Positions 46,618 through 61,020 of a stretch of 64,000 bases of DNA are shown here, in pieces; the first letter of the stretch is position 1, and each line of letters starts with the position of its first letter. The DNA is taken from assembly GCF_009914755.1 (NCBI RefSeq), contig NC_060939.1; one strand, 5' to 3'. Both the position numbers and the translations under genes were made by a program. The notes beneath the pieces were generated by a model that ran no database searches, was not told the origin of the DNA, and was given only the letters and a program-made list of their open reading frames with translations. This stretch comes from the human T2T-CHM13v2.0 reference genome, Homo sapiens.

Positions 46618-49074
46618 ATTGTGGCATATATTTACAGTTTATATTTAATAGCTTAATTCTTAACTATCAAAATGCCACAATGAATTGTGGTAGTCATGAT
46701 GTGTAGAAATGCAAGGGTACAGAATTATCATCATTGGAATCTTTGATAAGATGTGCTGCATATACCAAGTGTGGCACTAATGTAGGGATGACATTCCTTA
46801 CCACTGTACTCACTGAGACACAGGCTTTTTTGGAATCATAGAGAAAATGCATGGAAAAAGGCTTGGGGAAAATGTTCTCTCATTACAAAATCTACCACCT
46901 GGCTGACTGACTGGAAAGTTATGGAAACTGTTGTAGCCCTTTGCCAGAGGTGGCAAGAGACATCTATGACCTGTCCTTGTATTCTCCTAAGCCTGGTCCT
47001 TCTTTCTGTCAGAACTTCCTTTCCATTCAGTCATGGATGTTTGCTTTTCCCCTGACAAATGACTTTTCTTTGCCAGAGCCAGGGACAATCACTGGTGCCT
47101 TCAGAAAGAGCCCCTTTCCACCTCCTGCGTCATGGGCGTGGGGTACCTCTGGTGCCCACCAGCCCCAGCGGTACTAGCTCAGGCCTTCTGGGCATCTCTG
47201 TCAAAGACCATTTGTGACAGGACTTGAGAAAAATAACAAAGCAGCTCTCCCCTCAAGCCCTCTAAGGAATGTGAAAACCGGAGTGGGGACACATAGGCTC
47301 TTTGTGCCCTCAGGTACACAGTGTCAGCTCCCTTCTCTGGCTGGCAGGGCTAAGTGACAGAATACAATGAAATGCTCGTTTGGGCTGTGTTGGGTGATTC
47401 AGGACAGAGGATGCATTTTATTTAAAGAAAGTAACATTGTGCCTCCTGCCAAGGTGAGGTAATTTCCTTCCCTTTTCTATACTTCCTAGTGTTCCAGATT
47501 TATACATTTTTACAGTGTTTGCCAGAGCTCACCTGAAGAAAGCAATTTTCAAATAAAAAATTTAAAGAAATATTTTTGTTCAGGGCCCAGACCCATAAAG
47601 AATAACTACCATAGGCTTAAAAAATTCCAACTGCATTTTACAACTAATTACTTAAATAAACCTAATAAACAGACCAGGTTTGTCTCACTGAATAAAGACC
47701 ATAAGCATATAACCCACCCTTAGGTTCAACAGATTGCATTAGAAAATGCCTCACTCCACCCCATCTTCCCATTGGCTTTATATTTAGTCATTTATTTTAC
47801 CTCTGAAACCAAGATGCTTGTGTAAATTTGAGCACATAGGTTTATTTATAAAACGATATAGTAATTGCTTTTCAAGTACTAGAGAAACAAAAGGTCTGTT
47901 TACAGAAAGTCAGAGATTTCTTTTTAATCATATATGAGCCAATAACTTTAATGTGATTGTGGGCATTCTCCTAAAAACCAATAAGAAAACAACAAACTTT
48001 CAGGTAAATTGCCTGTTGTAGAGTACCAAAAAGAACCAAATAACTCATGTCTGGGCTGGGAGAGTTAGTATTTCTCCCTAGAGTTACTCTAGTGATTGCA
48101 AACTCACTAACTCATGGATGCACCCCATATAGAGAGCAAAGGGACAGGCTGAAGTTACCGTATCTCTTGTGCATTGGGCCCCCTCATGGGCCATTCACTT
48201 CACACTCTGACTTAGTCTTCTCTACAGCTCCATGGAAGAGCTCACTTTACAGTTTAGGAAGCCAAAGCTGAATGGGATTAGGTAGCTTACCCAAGATTCC
48301 CAAAGCTAAAAAGTGATCCAAGATACATCCAGAGATACTATTGTCTCCTTAATTGATCAATTTTTTAAAATGTTTAATCCATTCAATTGCACATTGATTT
48401 TTGTATTCTCTGGGACCTAATACACAAATGACAGTCTCTTCAAGTAATCACAGGGTTTTGAAAGTCATTCATTTATCCACACATCCTTCAATGCTAGAAT
48501 TAATGGCAAATTTGAATACCAATGTGCAGTAGTTGCTAGTTGGTTCAGAAGAGAGAATGGTTCTTTCTACACTGGATAAATGATGTTACTGTTCATTTTA
48601 AAGCAGTGGCCTCAATCTTTTAAACGTAAAGACCTCTTTTATTTGTCAAAAAGTTTTGGGTACCCCATTTCCCTTAAGATAACACTTGTTTAACATCTCT
48701 TGAGAACATACATATCCACCCAAACTTGAGAACCATTTGAAATAAGCATTTTATTTCACTAACTTCATCTACAAATATTGCTAAAACTCTAACTCATACA
48801 CTGGAGATGGAAGAGTGCCTAGAGGAGTCTAGAGACACATGGCTGCCATAGCATTCTGTCCCTAGGCATCCGTGACCTCAGGTTGAGAACCACTGTTTCC
48901 AAGATCAGGAAACAAGGGAAGAAGTATATGGAAAAAGGAGGTGCTGATTTGCAGTCTGCCCTGGAAAGCAGGAGCTCTGAGGAGACAGTAGCTCTACAAA
49001 GGAAAGGGTGCAGTGGGCTCACTTGGTGCTGACTTAGAGAAGTTATTTCATAGGGGGTTAATTTCCCCATTGCC

Positions 49075-49571
49075 TGTGTGAGTTTTCTGGGGCTGCTGTA
49101 AAAAAACACCGCAAATTGAGTGGCTTCAAACAAAATGGTTTCTGTCACAGTGCAGTTCTAGAGGCCAGAAGTCTAAAAATAAGGTGTGGGCAAAATTGCT
49201 CTCCCTCCAAAGACTCCAGGAGAAAATCCTTCCTTGCATCTTCCAGCTTCTGGTGGCTCTTGGAATTCCTTGGATTGCGCCTAATCACTCTGACCTCTGT
49301 TCCCCCTTCACGTGACTTTCTTTTCCTCCCCTGTGGCTTCTCTTTTGTGGCTTATAAAGACAATATATAAAGATACTGGCTATTGAATTTAGGTGGGCCA
49401 GGTAATCCAGGATGATCTCATCTTAAGATCTTTAACTTAATCACATCTGCAAAGATCCCTTTTCCAAATAAGGTCATATTCATGGGTTCCAGTAGGTGAG
49501 ATGTGGGCATTTTGCGGGGAGGGGAGGAAGGAGGAGGGGGTGCAATTCCACTCACAATGCAGCCCAACAAC
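49075..49571 (-). mobile_element. MaLR solo LTR (MLT1C-like)
   Basis: GGCTGCTGTAA...CTTCCAGCTTCTGGTGGC...TAATCCAGGATGATCTCATCTTAAGATC...ACATCTGCAAAGA. Confidence 0.85.
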
Positions 49572-50505
49572 TCACTTAATGCCCCTGGTTTCCTTCCTTA
49601 CAAGGAAAATTATGGTGCAGAGAGGATTTGAAAGTGATGGTTTGGGATCAGGGTTGGTGAAGGGGGCTGAGTTCATGTGTCTGGTGACTGCTAAAGTATA
49701 TTCGGTTCATCCGGAAGCTACCTTCTGAGGCCTATAGAAACATACCTTATGTGGAAACATACTAAAACATGAGATGATTTTAATTTTTTTCTGATTGCCA
49801 TAGCAATGCATAGTCATAAATATATTATTGAAAATATCAAATACAACAAAAAGAAATGTGAAAAATGAAAGAAGCTATCTCCTCCATAACCCAGAAAGAC
49901 ATAACAACTTTTGGAGTGTTTCCTAACCTCTTCTCTCCTTACCTTGCCTCTCCCTATTAATATTAGACTCCATCAATTAGACTCCACTAATGTAACCAAG
50001 TTAAATTATTTAAATTCAGCTACATTTTTAATTTTTAAATATGATATTAACACTCTTGATATACAATGCCACTTTATTAATGACGGGTGAAGATTTATAA
50101 ATTTCAGTTTCTAAAATAATACTTGGATTTTTCTCTAAGATGAAATAATATTTTCCCATAAAACATTTTATACCTTGATTATGTCTTCACTATAATCCTG
50201 TTCTCTGGTCAATTTTTGCTGTTTAAGACAAACTGATAATTAAATGGTGTGCCATAGATGAGACATAAAGGAGGGGAGAAGTCATTTTACATGTCTGAAT
50301 ATAAATCATTCACCTTAATGATCACAGACACCACCACCATTTCTACTATCAGCATCAACACCCTTCCCCCTTTCCTCTAATTGTTCTGATTTGCTGGGAA
50401 AGTAAATGCTTTATACAGTATATATAATCTGATTGAATACTACCAAAGCCTCCAGAGCTAAGCAGAATCCTACAAAATAAAAATAAGCTTAAAAAGCATA
50501 AAGCA

Positions 50506-50964
<459 letters not shown>

Positions 50965-53686
50965 TCATTTTTCACCTTATTATCTTTCCATATTTAGATT
51001 GATATGTTCTGAGGTTACTCTTTATTATCTCATTTAAGTTTTTTTGTTCAGTTTACAAAGTAAGTTTTCACATTTTTATTTTGACAAAAAGGAAGCAGTT
51101 ATTCCCCAGACTCTTAATCCTAGAGAGGTTAGGGAGCAGTGCAACAATGAGATTGCCATTGGGCAGAGCAGCATCACAGACTAATAAAACTAACAATCCA
51201 GTATTGTTTCTCCTTTTTTTTCTGTCTCTCCCCTGGTGTTTCAAAAGAGTGGCAATTACATACAACTAACCTCACATTAGGCCCTAGAAAAAAGTATAAG
51301 GTAATTGAGTATTGACTTTATGAAAATATTTGATGAAAACATGTTACAAAGATTCACAAAATGCATTATATAAACATGCCATAATTTTATTTAAAATTAA
51401 ATTTTACCCATGTGCTATTTCACTGTGCAGGTAACTGACAACCTTTAAAATGAGAAATAGTAATGCTATGCTAGTATGCTACACACAAAGAATGTGTAGG
51501 GGGTGTGTGTGTGTGTATTCTTTCTGTTACATACACACATACACACACACACACACACACACGCTTTTTTTAAACCAAATATTAGATTATGAACATTTCC
51601 TCATGTCTCTGTTTTTTTTTAATGTGTACATGGCTGAGTAACATTTCTTTTTATTAATACTCATTTTCCTTTAGGCTATTTCTTTTTCTCTATAATAATG
51701 CAGAAAAGGACTTTTTTGTATAAATATTTGTCACTATCTCTGTTTACTTCACCAGCATGGATCTCCTTAATAGATTTATTGCATCATAAATTAAAAACAT
51801 TTTAATGCTCTTGACAAAAATCACATATTTGGTTTTTAGAAATAGTTTACCAATTCACATTTATACTAGCAATTCTTATTTCTCATATCATTGCAAGAAA
51901 GGATTATTTTTAAAAATTATTTACTGCTATAGGAAGAAAATTATAATTTGCTTTATTAGGTATTTTTATTGCTGTCGAAGTATACTTTTTCAAGAAACTA
52001 CGTCTTAGCCTTTGCATATTCTTTTGTGATTTGTTCATACTCATACTCTGCGTTTTTCAATGGATTTTCTCTGAAATTCCAGATGATTATTTCACCTTCT
52101 GGATACGATGACAACTCTATATTAGTAGCATATTTGGAATATGCAGCAAACCTTTCTCAACAGTGATGCTGGTTATGGTCATTCTGCACCCTGGGCCCCT
52201 TTCAAGTACAAGGCTCAAACTGCCATACACATACAAGGGGGGAAGGCCCTGGCTGGGGGATGGGCTTGCTGGTTTTGTTTGGGTTACCCAGTGCTCCCCA
52301 GCTCCTTCTCATGTTTATAAGTCTGTCTTTTACCCTAGAGCCACAGGAAGGCCCTCCTTCGTTAAAGCCTGGAAATGGCAGTAGTAGCATATGATATCTA
52401 CTCCTAGGATAATAACCTCCATTTCTCAGGAATCAGCAAAGAAATGAACAAAGACTTGCTGTGGGCTTTAGGTATACAACAAAGGGAGAACTTAAGACTG
52501 CGTCTGCAACAGACCAACACTGGGAAAATAACAAAACTTTCCCAACAAATGATTTCATTCTGGGGTCCCAGGACATAAACGCATAGAAAACAGATCAGAG
52601 TATAAGGGAGTCGTAACTGGGGACCACCAAAGACAGGGGCTTCTGCCTGAGGGTGGATTAGGGAAAATCCAGGTGGAGAAATTCCCTTCATAGAGTCTGC
52701 TCCTTTTTTACAGGGGCTTGGTCTCTACTGAGCTTATAAAGGTCCCTTAGCAGGTCTGAACTGATCAGTAAATATGAGGACAATTGGTTGCAATGGTGAC
52801 TTTGAGGCACTGTAAAATACTAACGTACTTTTTGAATCATTACAAACATATTTTATGACTATATATTACGACATGTAGAGTTAAAACTGTTTTTATTTCT
52901 AATTCTTTAAACATACGTGGACCCCTGACAGCAGTATTTGATTGTCTACAGCTTACCAACCACGAAGGATAATAGGTCTTATTGTATAGCTTCTGTCTCT
53001 TAGATTTTAATCACTTTAAGAGCAAGGGACTGATTTTTCTACTTCCTTTGGCCTCCCAGCAGATGGTATTTGGAAATGGATTCTGACAGCTTGGAAAAGG
53101 TAATCTACCTCTGAAAGGTACAGTAGACCAGCTCACTAAGCAGGGTCTGGCCTTACGTTTCATAATCCTGTGATGAGAGACTCAGTCTTAACTTGGCGTA
53201 CCTTGAACTAAGCCTACCTTTGACACTCGTCTTAGTAACAGCACTTATCAATCAAATTATTGTGTAGTTTAGTCACTGATTTGGCATGTTAAATGAACAA
53301 TCATGAACTGCCTTACCTGGAGTCCATTTCAGGGGCTAAATCTTAACTCACTAATAACCTTAGGATCAAACTCTTACTGCACAGAGATGCATGTCTGCAG
53401 ACAATACATGATTCCATTATTCTTTGGTCTGGTGTGATATTTACGATTGATCTTAACCCTTTGGCGAGAATGTTTTACACCTTCCCATTTGTTTTCAACC
53501 TGTTTTAGATATGTAAGTTGTAGAACTTCCCAGCTACAGTCTAACTTCTTTGGTTAATTATGTTTCCTTTAAAACAAATCCGGGTACAATTTTTGAGGGT
53601 TCACTTACCAAACTCTGTTATCAAAACCCTTTAGAACAGTCCTCTAGTGTGACTAACAAAGTTCTATGTTAAAAATATCAACTTTT

Positions 53687-53997
53687 GGCCAGTCGTGGTG
53701 GCTCACACCTGTACTCCCAGCGCTTTGGGAGGCTGAGCGGGTGGATCACCTGAGCTCAGGAGTTCGAGACCAGCCTGGCCTACATGGTGAAACCCCATCT
53801 CTACTAAAAAATTTAAAAAAAAAAAATTAGCCAGGCATGGAGCACATGCCTGTAATCCCAGCTACTCAGGAGGCTGAGGCATGAGAATCGCTTGAACCCG
53901 GGAGGCAAAGGTTGCAGTGAGCCAAGATGTCACCACTGCACTCTAGCCCGGGTGACAGAGTGAGACTCCATCTCAAAAAAAAAGAAAAAAATTAATT
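53687..53997 (+). mobile_element. AluSx-like
   Basis: Full dimer; flanked by ATCAACTTTT at 53677 and 54001. Confidence 0.95.
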
Positions 53998-54011
53998 AAA
54001 ATCAACTTTTT

Positions 54012-54564
54012 GGCTGGGCGTGGTGACTCATGCCTGTAATCCCTGCACTTTGGGAAGCTGAGGCAGGAGATTGCTTGAGCCTAGGAGTTCAAGACCAGCC
54101 TGGGCAATGTAGTATGCCCAAAGTATTTATTTTGCCTACTCAATATATTTAATTTCATTTTCCAATATTTTGTTTCTTTTTATTTCTGAGTAGCATTCTA
54201 TCATACGGATATACTACTGTTCATTTATTCATCACCCACTGAAGGACATTTGATTTGTCATTAAATATAATACTAAGTTTTCTCTCTATAATTCTCCAGA
54301 AATGCCTATTTCTGAAAGGGATCTATTATGAGACAAAATAAGAATTTTAGGCAAGTGTTAGTAAATACCATGTCTGTCTCTCCAAAAAAAAAAAAAAAAA
54401 AAAATAGCCAGACATGGTGGTACATGGGAGCTACTTGGGAGGCTGAGGTGGAAGGACTGTTTAAGCCCAGGAGTTCAAGGTTACAGTGAGCTATGATCAC
54501 ACCAGTGCACTTCAGCCTGGGTGACAAAGCAAGACCCTGTCTCAAAAAAAAAAAAAAAAAAAAA
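54012..54564 (+). mobile_element. AluJ split by a 257 bp inverted templated insertion
   Basis: Left arm to ~54119, resumes at 54374 (CTGTCTCTCCAAAA); TSD ATCAACTTTTT at 54001 and 54566. Confidence 0.92.
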
Positions 54565-55107
54565 GATCAACTTTTTAAAAGCAATAATAATTTTGCAAGA
54601 AATGACTTGCTTTAAGGATTATTAAAATGTGTTTTTCTCAACTCTTAAAAGTCAAGGTAATTTTGACAGTTGGTTTGTACCTAAAACATAGAAAAATAGA
54701 CTTGTACTTTCTGGAGCATCCTTAGCATTCTCAGACCTTTTAAGCACTTCCCCAAAAATATGCTTAAGAACTGGCTCATAATATTTCCTTCAGTACCCAT
54801 GAAAATATTTTGATGGAAACTTTACTACATGGCATTTACTACACTTGCCTAAAAATTTTATTTTGTCTCACAATATTTCCCTTTCAGAAATAGGCATTTC
54901 TGGAACGTTTCTCAAAACTATACCTAGTTCAATATAGAGAGGAAACTCAGTATTATATTTAATGATAAATCAAATGTCCTTCAGTAGGTGATGAATAAAT
55001 GAACAGTGGTATATCCATACGATAGAACGCTACTCAGCAATAAAAAGAAATGAAATATTTGAACATACAAATAAAATATATTCAGTAGACAAAATAAATA
55101 CTTTGGG
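54117..55107. repeat. Long inverted repeat: arms 54117-54373 and 54827-55107, 453 bp spacer
   Basis: Manual reverse-complement alignment across the whole arm; roughly 88-90% identity by eye plus one ~24 bp indel. Confidence 0.95.
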
Positions 55108-55404
55108 TTTAATTTGAAATGAAGCAGAAAAACTCCACTCACCTTATTAAAACTGAACAATTATACACATGGTAGTATTTATAAATGGGGTTCTATCTCA
55201 GGTTCAATTACAGTAGGTAACTTTGTAAGTTTGGCTTACAGATTCCAAATAAAAAGTTTTTACATTTTATTATTCATATATTTATGTTCTTGTAATATCT
55301 ATGTAGCATTAAAATTGGCTGGAAGTCAGGAATTCTGTCAAAATCCATCAATTTTTAAAAACTTGATGCTGAACAGTTAGGATGATAGAGAAAAGTCTAT
55401 CACT

Positions 55405-55855
55405 CGAGCCTGAAGGACATTATGTTTAGTGAAATAAGTCAGGCATACAAAGAGAAATACCATATGTTCTTACTCATATGTAGAAACTTTAAAAAGTGGA
55501 GCTCATAGAAGTAGACAGTAGGATTGTGGTTACTGGAGGCTGGGAAGGATAGGAGGGAGGACCGGATAGGGAGAGGTTGGTAAATGGATACAAATTACGG
55601 CTAGATGAGAGAAATAAATTCTAGTGTTCTATAGCACTGCATGATAAATATGGTTAACCATTATTTATTGTATATTTTCAAAAAGCTAGAATAGAGGATT
55701 TTGAATATTCACAATAATAAAGAAATAATACGTTTGAGATGACGAATACGCTAACTACTTTGATTTAATCATTGCACATTGTATACGTATAGCAAAATAT
55801 CACACTCTGTCCCTTAAATATACAAAATGATTATACATCAACCAAAAATAAAAGA
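55405..55855 (+). mobile_element. L1MA 3' end
   Basis: GGACATTATGTTTAGTGAAATAAGTCAGGCA...TTCTAGTGTTCTATAGCACTG...GAGGATTTTGAAT. Confidence 0.88.
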
Positions 55856-56521
55856 AAAATATCTGTCATTGAATTGAATACATTATTTTAAAAGTTTTAA
55901 ATATATGTAGAATGTGAAATTAAACCATCCAAAATTAAGAGCATAAAACAGTCTGCTGTTTTGAAATAGTTTGTTGGTTTTGAATAATTAAGGAAAATAA
56001 AATTTTTTAAAGAATGTACCCAAGAGCCAAGCAATGCCTAGCATAGAATAGCCATTCAATAAATATCTGTTTAATCTATTTGCCATTGTTCTTGGCAGTG
56101 TAGCTAAGATTCTTATTTTTAAAATACTTTCCGACTAATAAAGTTATAAAAATATATACATACATTTTATAGAAAACTATAAACTCTTTTTATAAACTCT
56201 CTGAGATTACATAGTAAAGGCTTCCTTACCCTTCTACATTGGAAAAGAGAAAATCTTGTTTTATTACTTGTAAAATATTATAACTTAAATTTTAACCTGA
56301 TATCAGCTAGTTACCTTTTTTATCATTTACTTTTTAGAGTTCTCATGTTTTCTCAAAACCATACCTAGTTCAGGAGAGAGAAACTTGATACCAATTGCTT
56401 TATGGTAGGGCTGTCTAACTTAAGTAGACTTCAAACTGGTATTAGGGAAAATAATGTTAAACATAATCAAAATTTGTATTATAGATTAAACTCAAACAAA
56501 CATAATTTAAGAGTGAAATTA

Positions 56522-56660
56522 GGCAAGGCATGATAGCTCACACCTGCAATCCCAGCACTTTGAGTAGCCAAGGAGAGAGGATCCCTTGAGGTCAGGAGTT
56601 TGAGACCAGCCCGGGCAAGATAGCAAGACCCTGTCTCTACAACAAATAATTTTTAAAAAA
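56522..56660 (+). mobile_element. FLAM (free left Alu monomer)
   Basis: Single monomer; TSD AAGAGT(G/A)AAATT. Confidence 0.85.
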
Positions 56661-58674
56661 GAGTAAAATTGTACTGACATAGCCATTGAACAACACTGCG
56701 GGAAATCCTATGGCACAGAAATTAACCTGGTGCACCCTTATGCACTGTGTGAAACATATAGTGTTGTAGGTTCTTATATTATGCGTGAAATTGTATAATG
56801 TAGACTCTGATAAGTTAAAGATGTGTACTATAACCCCTAAAGCAATGGCCAAAATAAAAGTTGTAGCCAAAGCCAACAATGGAAAGAGAATATAAAACTA
56901 TTCAATTAATCCAAAAGAAGACAGAAAACAGACAGCAACATGGTAAATTAAATCCAAATTTCTCAATAATCACATTAAATGCAAATGGTTTAAACACCCC
57001 TATGGAAAGGCAGCAACTGTTACGTTGGAGTGAAAAAAAAAAAAAAGACACAACCATATGTTGCCTGTAAGAAACCTACTATAAACGTAGTATGCTACAT
57101 AGGCAAGTGGAATACAGCCACTCTGAAAATAGTTTGGTGATTTATTATAATGTTAAATGTACATTTACCATACGACCCTTTAATTGCACTCCTAGGTATT
57201 TATCCAAGAAAAATAAAAACTTAGGTTCACAAAAATTGTAAGTAAATGTTTATAGCAGTTATAGAAAATTATACGTAATTGCTTTAAACTGGACACAAAT
57301 CAAATGTCCTTCAGTGGGTGATGGATAAATGAACAGTGGCATATCCATATGATAGAATGCTACTCAGCAATAAAAAAGAATAAAATATCGGAAAATGCAA
57401 ATTAAGTCTAAATAAAATGCTATTAAATAGCTATTGAAATTGCTAAAATTAAAGACTGACCATACGAAATTTTGATGAGACTGAGAACCAAATAAATTAC
57501 CGGTTAGATCATAAAATAGTAAAACTATGTTGGCAAAGAGTTTGGCAGTTTCTTAAAAAGTTAAGCATACAGTTGTCATATGACCTGGTTATTTCATTCC
57601 TAGGAAATTACTCAAGAGCAATGGTCCACAAAAACCTTGTACATGACTGTGATAGTTTCACAGGTGTATAATATGTCAAAATGTATCACATTGTACTTGT
57701 TAAAATGTACAGTTTATTATATGTAAAGTATGCCCCGAATAAAGTTTTAAACATTAAAGACGTTATAAAACCTTGAAAAAGTAGCTTTTTCAAGTGAAAT
57801 ACAACTAACACACTCTTAGAAGGTAATTTATAGGCTTTAATACAAATATTATAAAAGAAAATGCTAAATTTTAGTGACCTAAGCCTTCATCTCTAGAACT
57901 TAAAGAACAGCAAATTAAAAACAAGGTAAATGCAGAGGAAAGGAAATAAAGGTGAACAGAAATTAATGAACTACATACAATAGAGACCATCAACAAAGGA
58001 AAAATATTTATCTTACAAAGCCTTGTGAAACTAATAAACTCATGGTGAAATTGATTTAAAAAAATGAAAAGGGAGCATGCATGTTAATTACCAACATCAG
58101 GAACGAAAAAGGAGACATTACAATAATGTGGTGATATGCTGTAGCAGGCTTATGCTGCTTCATGAGAGCTGATTGCTAAGTTTTCAGGAATTTGCAAGCC
58201 AATTTTTAAACACAGTCATTATTAAAATTAAACTGTATACACTTTCAATTAAATAAGAACAAAGCTACTTTCTAATTACCACAGTTTGTAGTATCTATGT
58301 TCTTGTGGGTATTCACACCGATTGCATCTGTATGGTGGAAATACTATACAATGGAGTGCTACCACACATCTCTTACCAATTCCGTGTTTAATAATGTCAT
58401 ATTGGTACCTCGAAACTGGCCACAGTGGGAGTATTTACACTATGGAAGTCAGCAAATGCCTCAAAATCTGGGCTTGATTTATTGTTTACTTGACTGTCTA
58501 GATTATGAAAAATATATAAAATGTTAATGCATAGTAATCTTAAGTGTGTCAAGTCTAGCCATTTACATTGTTAATAGCACACAAATTTGAAGAAATAGTC
58601 TTCAAATATTTGAAAATTAATATCCAATTCAGCAAAAAAGTTTTTCATGTCATGAAGGACAAGTGAAGTTCCTA

Positions 58675-58706
<32 letters not shown>

Positions 58707-58954
58707 GCATTATCCACTATTATAATGCATAATAGTGAGGCTGAAAGAAGATTCAGTTTAATGAATGAACATTCATTAATGATTCATTAAATTCATTAAT
58801 GATTCATTTTAAAATTTTAATGAAAAAGTGAGAAATTATTTAATAATACATAATGTATTAGATTTAATAAAACTTTTTTTTTGGAAGCAATATAGCACAT
58901 TAGGATGCACCTCCATTGTCAAAATAAGGTTGCTGTGCAACTATGGATTGGCTA

Positions 58955-59326
<372 letters not shown>

Positions 59327-59330
59327 TTAA

Positions 59331-59372
59331 ATTTGCAATAAAGATTTGCAATAAAGATTTACAATAAAGATT
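59331..59372. repeat. 13 bp tandem repeat x3 (ATTTGCAATAAAG)
   Basis: Read directly from sequence. Confidence 0.9.
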
Positions 59373-60419
59373 ATTATGTAGTCTATTTCATTCTTATTTG
59401 TAAATTACATGTTATAGATGCTTTATATCAGTATAATTTATAATAAACTTATACATACATAAATGGATACATTATATGCTGTTTGTTATTAATACATTTA
59501 CCATCATGTAGAATTATTTACTGCAATAATTCTACAGATGTTAAATAAGACATTTTTTCGAATAAATATAAAAATGTAAGTGAAATTGATAACTTCCTAG
59601 AAAATCACAAATTGTCAAAATTGACACAAAAAGAAATGTGAGTAGATTTTTATTAATTAGAGTAATTTAAAAATCCTAACTAAAGGCTTTCTGACAAAAT
59701 TCTATATTCATCAATGATTTCTACCAAATTTTATGGAATATAAAATACCAATCTCATATGAATTCTTTCAGTATATATATTATGTAATACATATATACAA
59801 TATATATCATATATATATATAATTTTCTACCTTCTTTCAATAAATACAGGAAAAGTGTTTGATAAAATTCAACATCCATTTATGATAAAACGCTATTAGC
59901 AAACTAGGAATCGAAGGGAACATCCTTAATCTGAGACAGGTTATCTACAGAAAACCTATATTAAACAATATATATAATTGTAAGGTTTTAAGACATTTTT
60001 TTACTGTGATCAGAAACAAAGTTGCTTATTTATCACTACTGTCATTCAACATCATGCTACAGATTCTATCCAGAGCAATAATATTAAAAAATAAATATAT
60101 AAAATTAGATAACTGTCATGTTTCACAGATGCCAGACTTTTAGAAATTTAAAAATAATATACAGAGAAACATTTATAATGGATCTAACAGAATTGTTGGA
60201 TATAATTCAATGTACAAAAATCAATTATATTCCCACTATTAGTAACCATCAGTTAGAAATTAAATTTTAAAAATGCCATTTACCATAGCATCAAAGAGCA
60301 ATAAATAGAAAACAATTCAACAAAGATGTGAGAGACCTCTAAACAGACAAACTGATTGTATAATTATATGAAAATACAAAAAAAACAAGAATTACCAAAA
60401 TGCTTATTTCCTAATGTCT

Positions 60420-60580
60420 GAGATCAGAAACTGGCTCTAGATTGCTTCTGTCCTACTCTATTGGCCAAATAAGCCACAGAGCCTGCCTAGATTAAGGAGA
60501 AAGGGTATAGATTACTGTATCTTGACAGTATCTTGACAGGAATCATGTCAAATAGTTTGTGACAGACCTCTTTAATCTTC
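60420..60580 (-). mobile_element. Old MLT1 LTR fragment
   Basis: CTTCTGTCCTACTCTATTGGCCAAATAAGCCACAGAGCCTGCCTAGATT. Confidence 0.6.
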
Positions 60581-60649
60581 CAACCTGGAGTACCTCAGAA
60601 TTTCCCTCTGCTCTCCTGTCTCATCTCCAGCCTTCAGTGTATGATTTCC

Positions 60650-61020
60650 ATGCACTCAGTGAAGGTCCATGGGAAACACTCAGCAGATGAGTGTGGAAAT
60701 CATTTCTTGGGGCTCCTTGTGATTCTAATCTGCCATACCAGCCCTCACTTGCCATTATGAGTTCTCAAAAAGTTTGGCTAATGTCTTCCTACTGGTGTGT
60801 ACAACCAGTAAGTTATATTGGTTATTTCTTCTCTGGCAGCTCCACTACGGATGAAAAACAGTCATGTTCCTTCTCTCCTAGGAAGAGCTTGTCACTTATG
60901 GAATTTAGTTCATTTAGATTTATTTGCGTCCTTGGCTTTCTGATGAATTTTTTTTAAAAGTATGATTTTGTAGCTTATCTGGCTTGTTCTCATTGTTAGT
61001 AGGGTAACTGACAATCTCCA
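60650..61020 (-). mobile_element. Ancient L1M 5'-region fragment
   Basis: Same motif series as 13940-14350. Confidence 0.45.
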
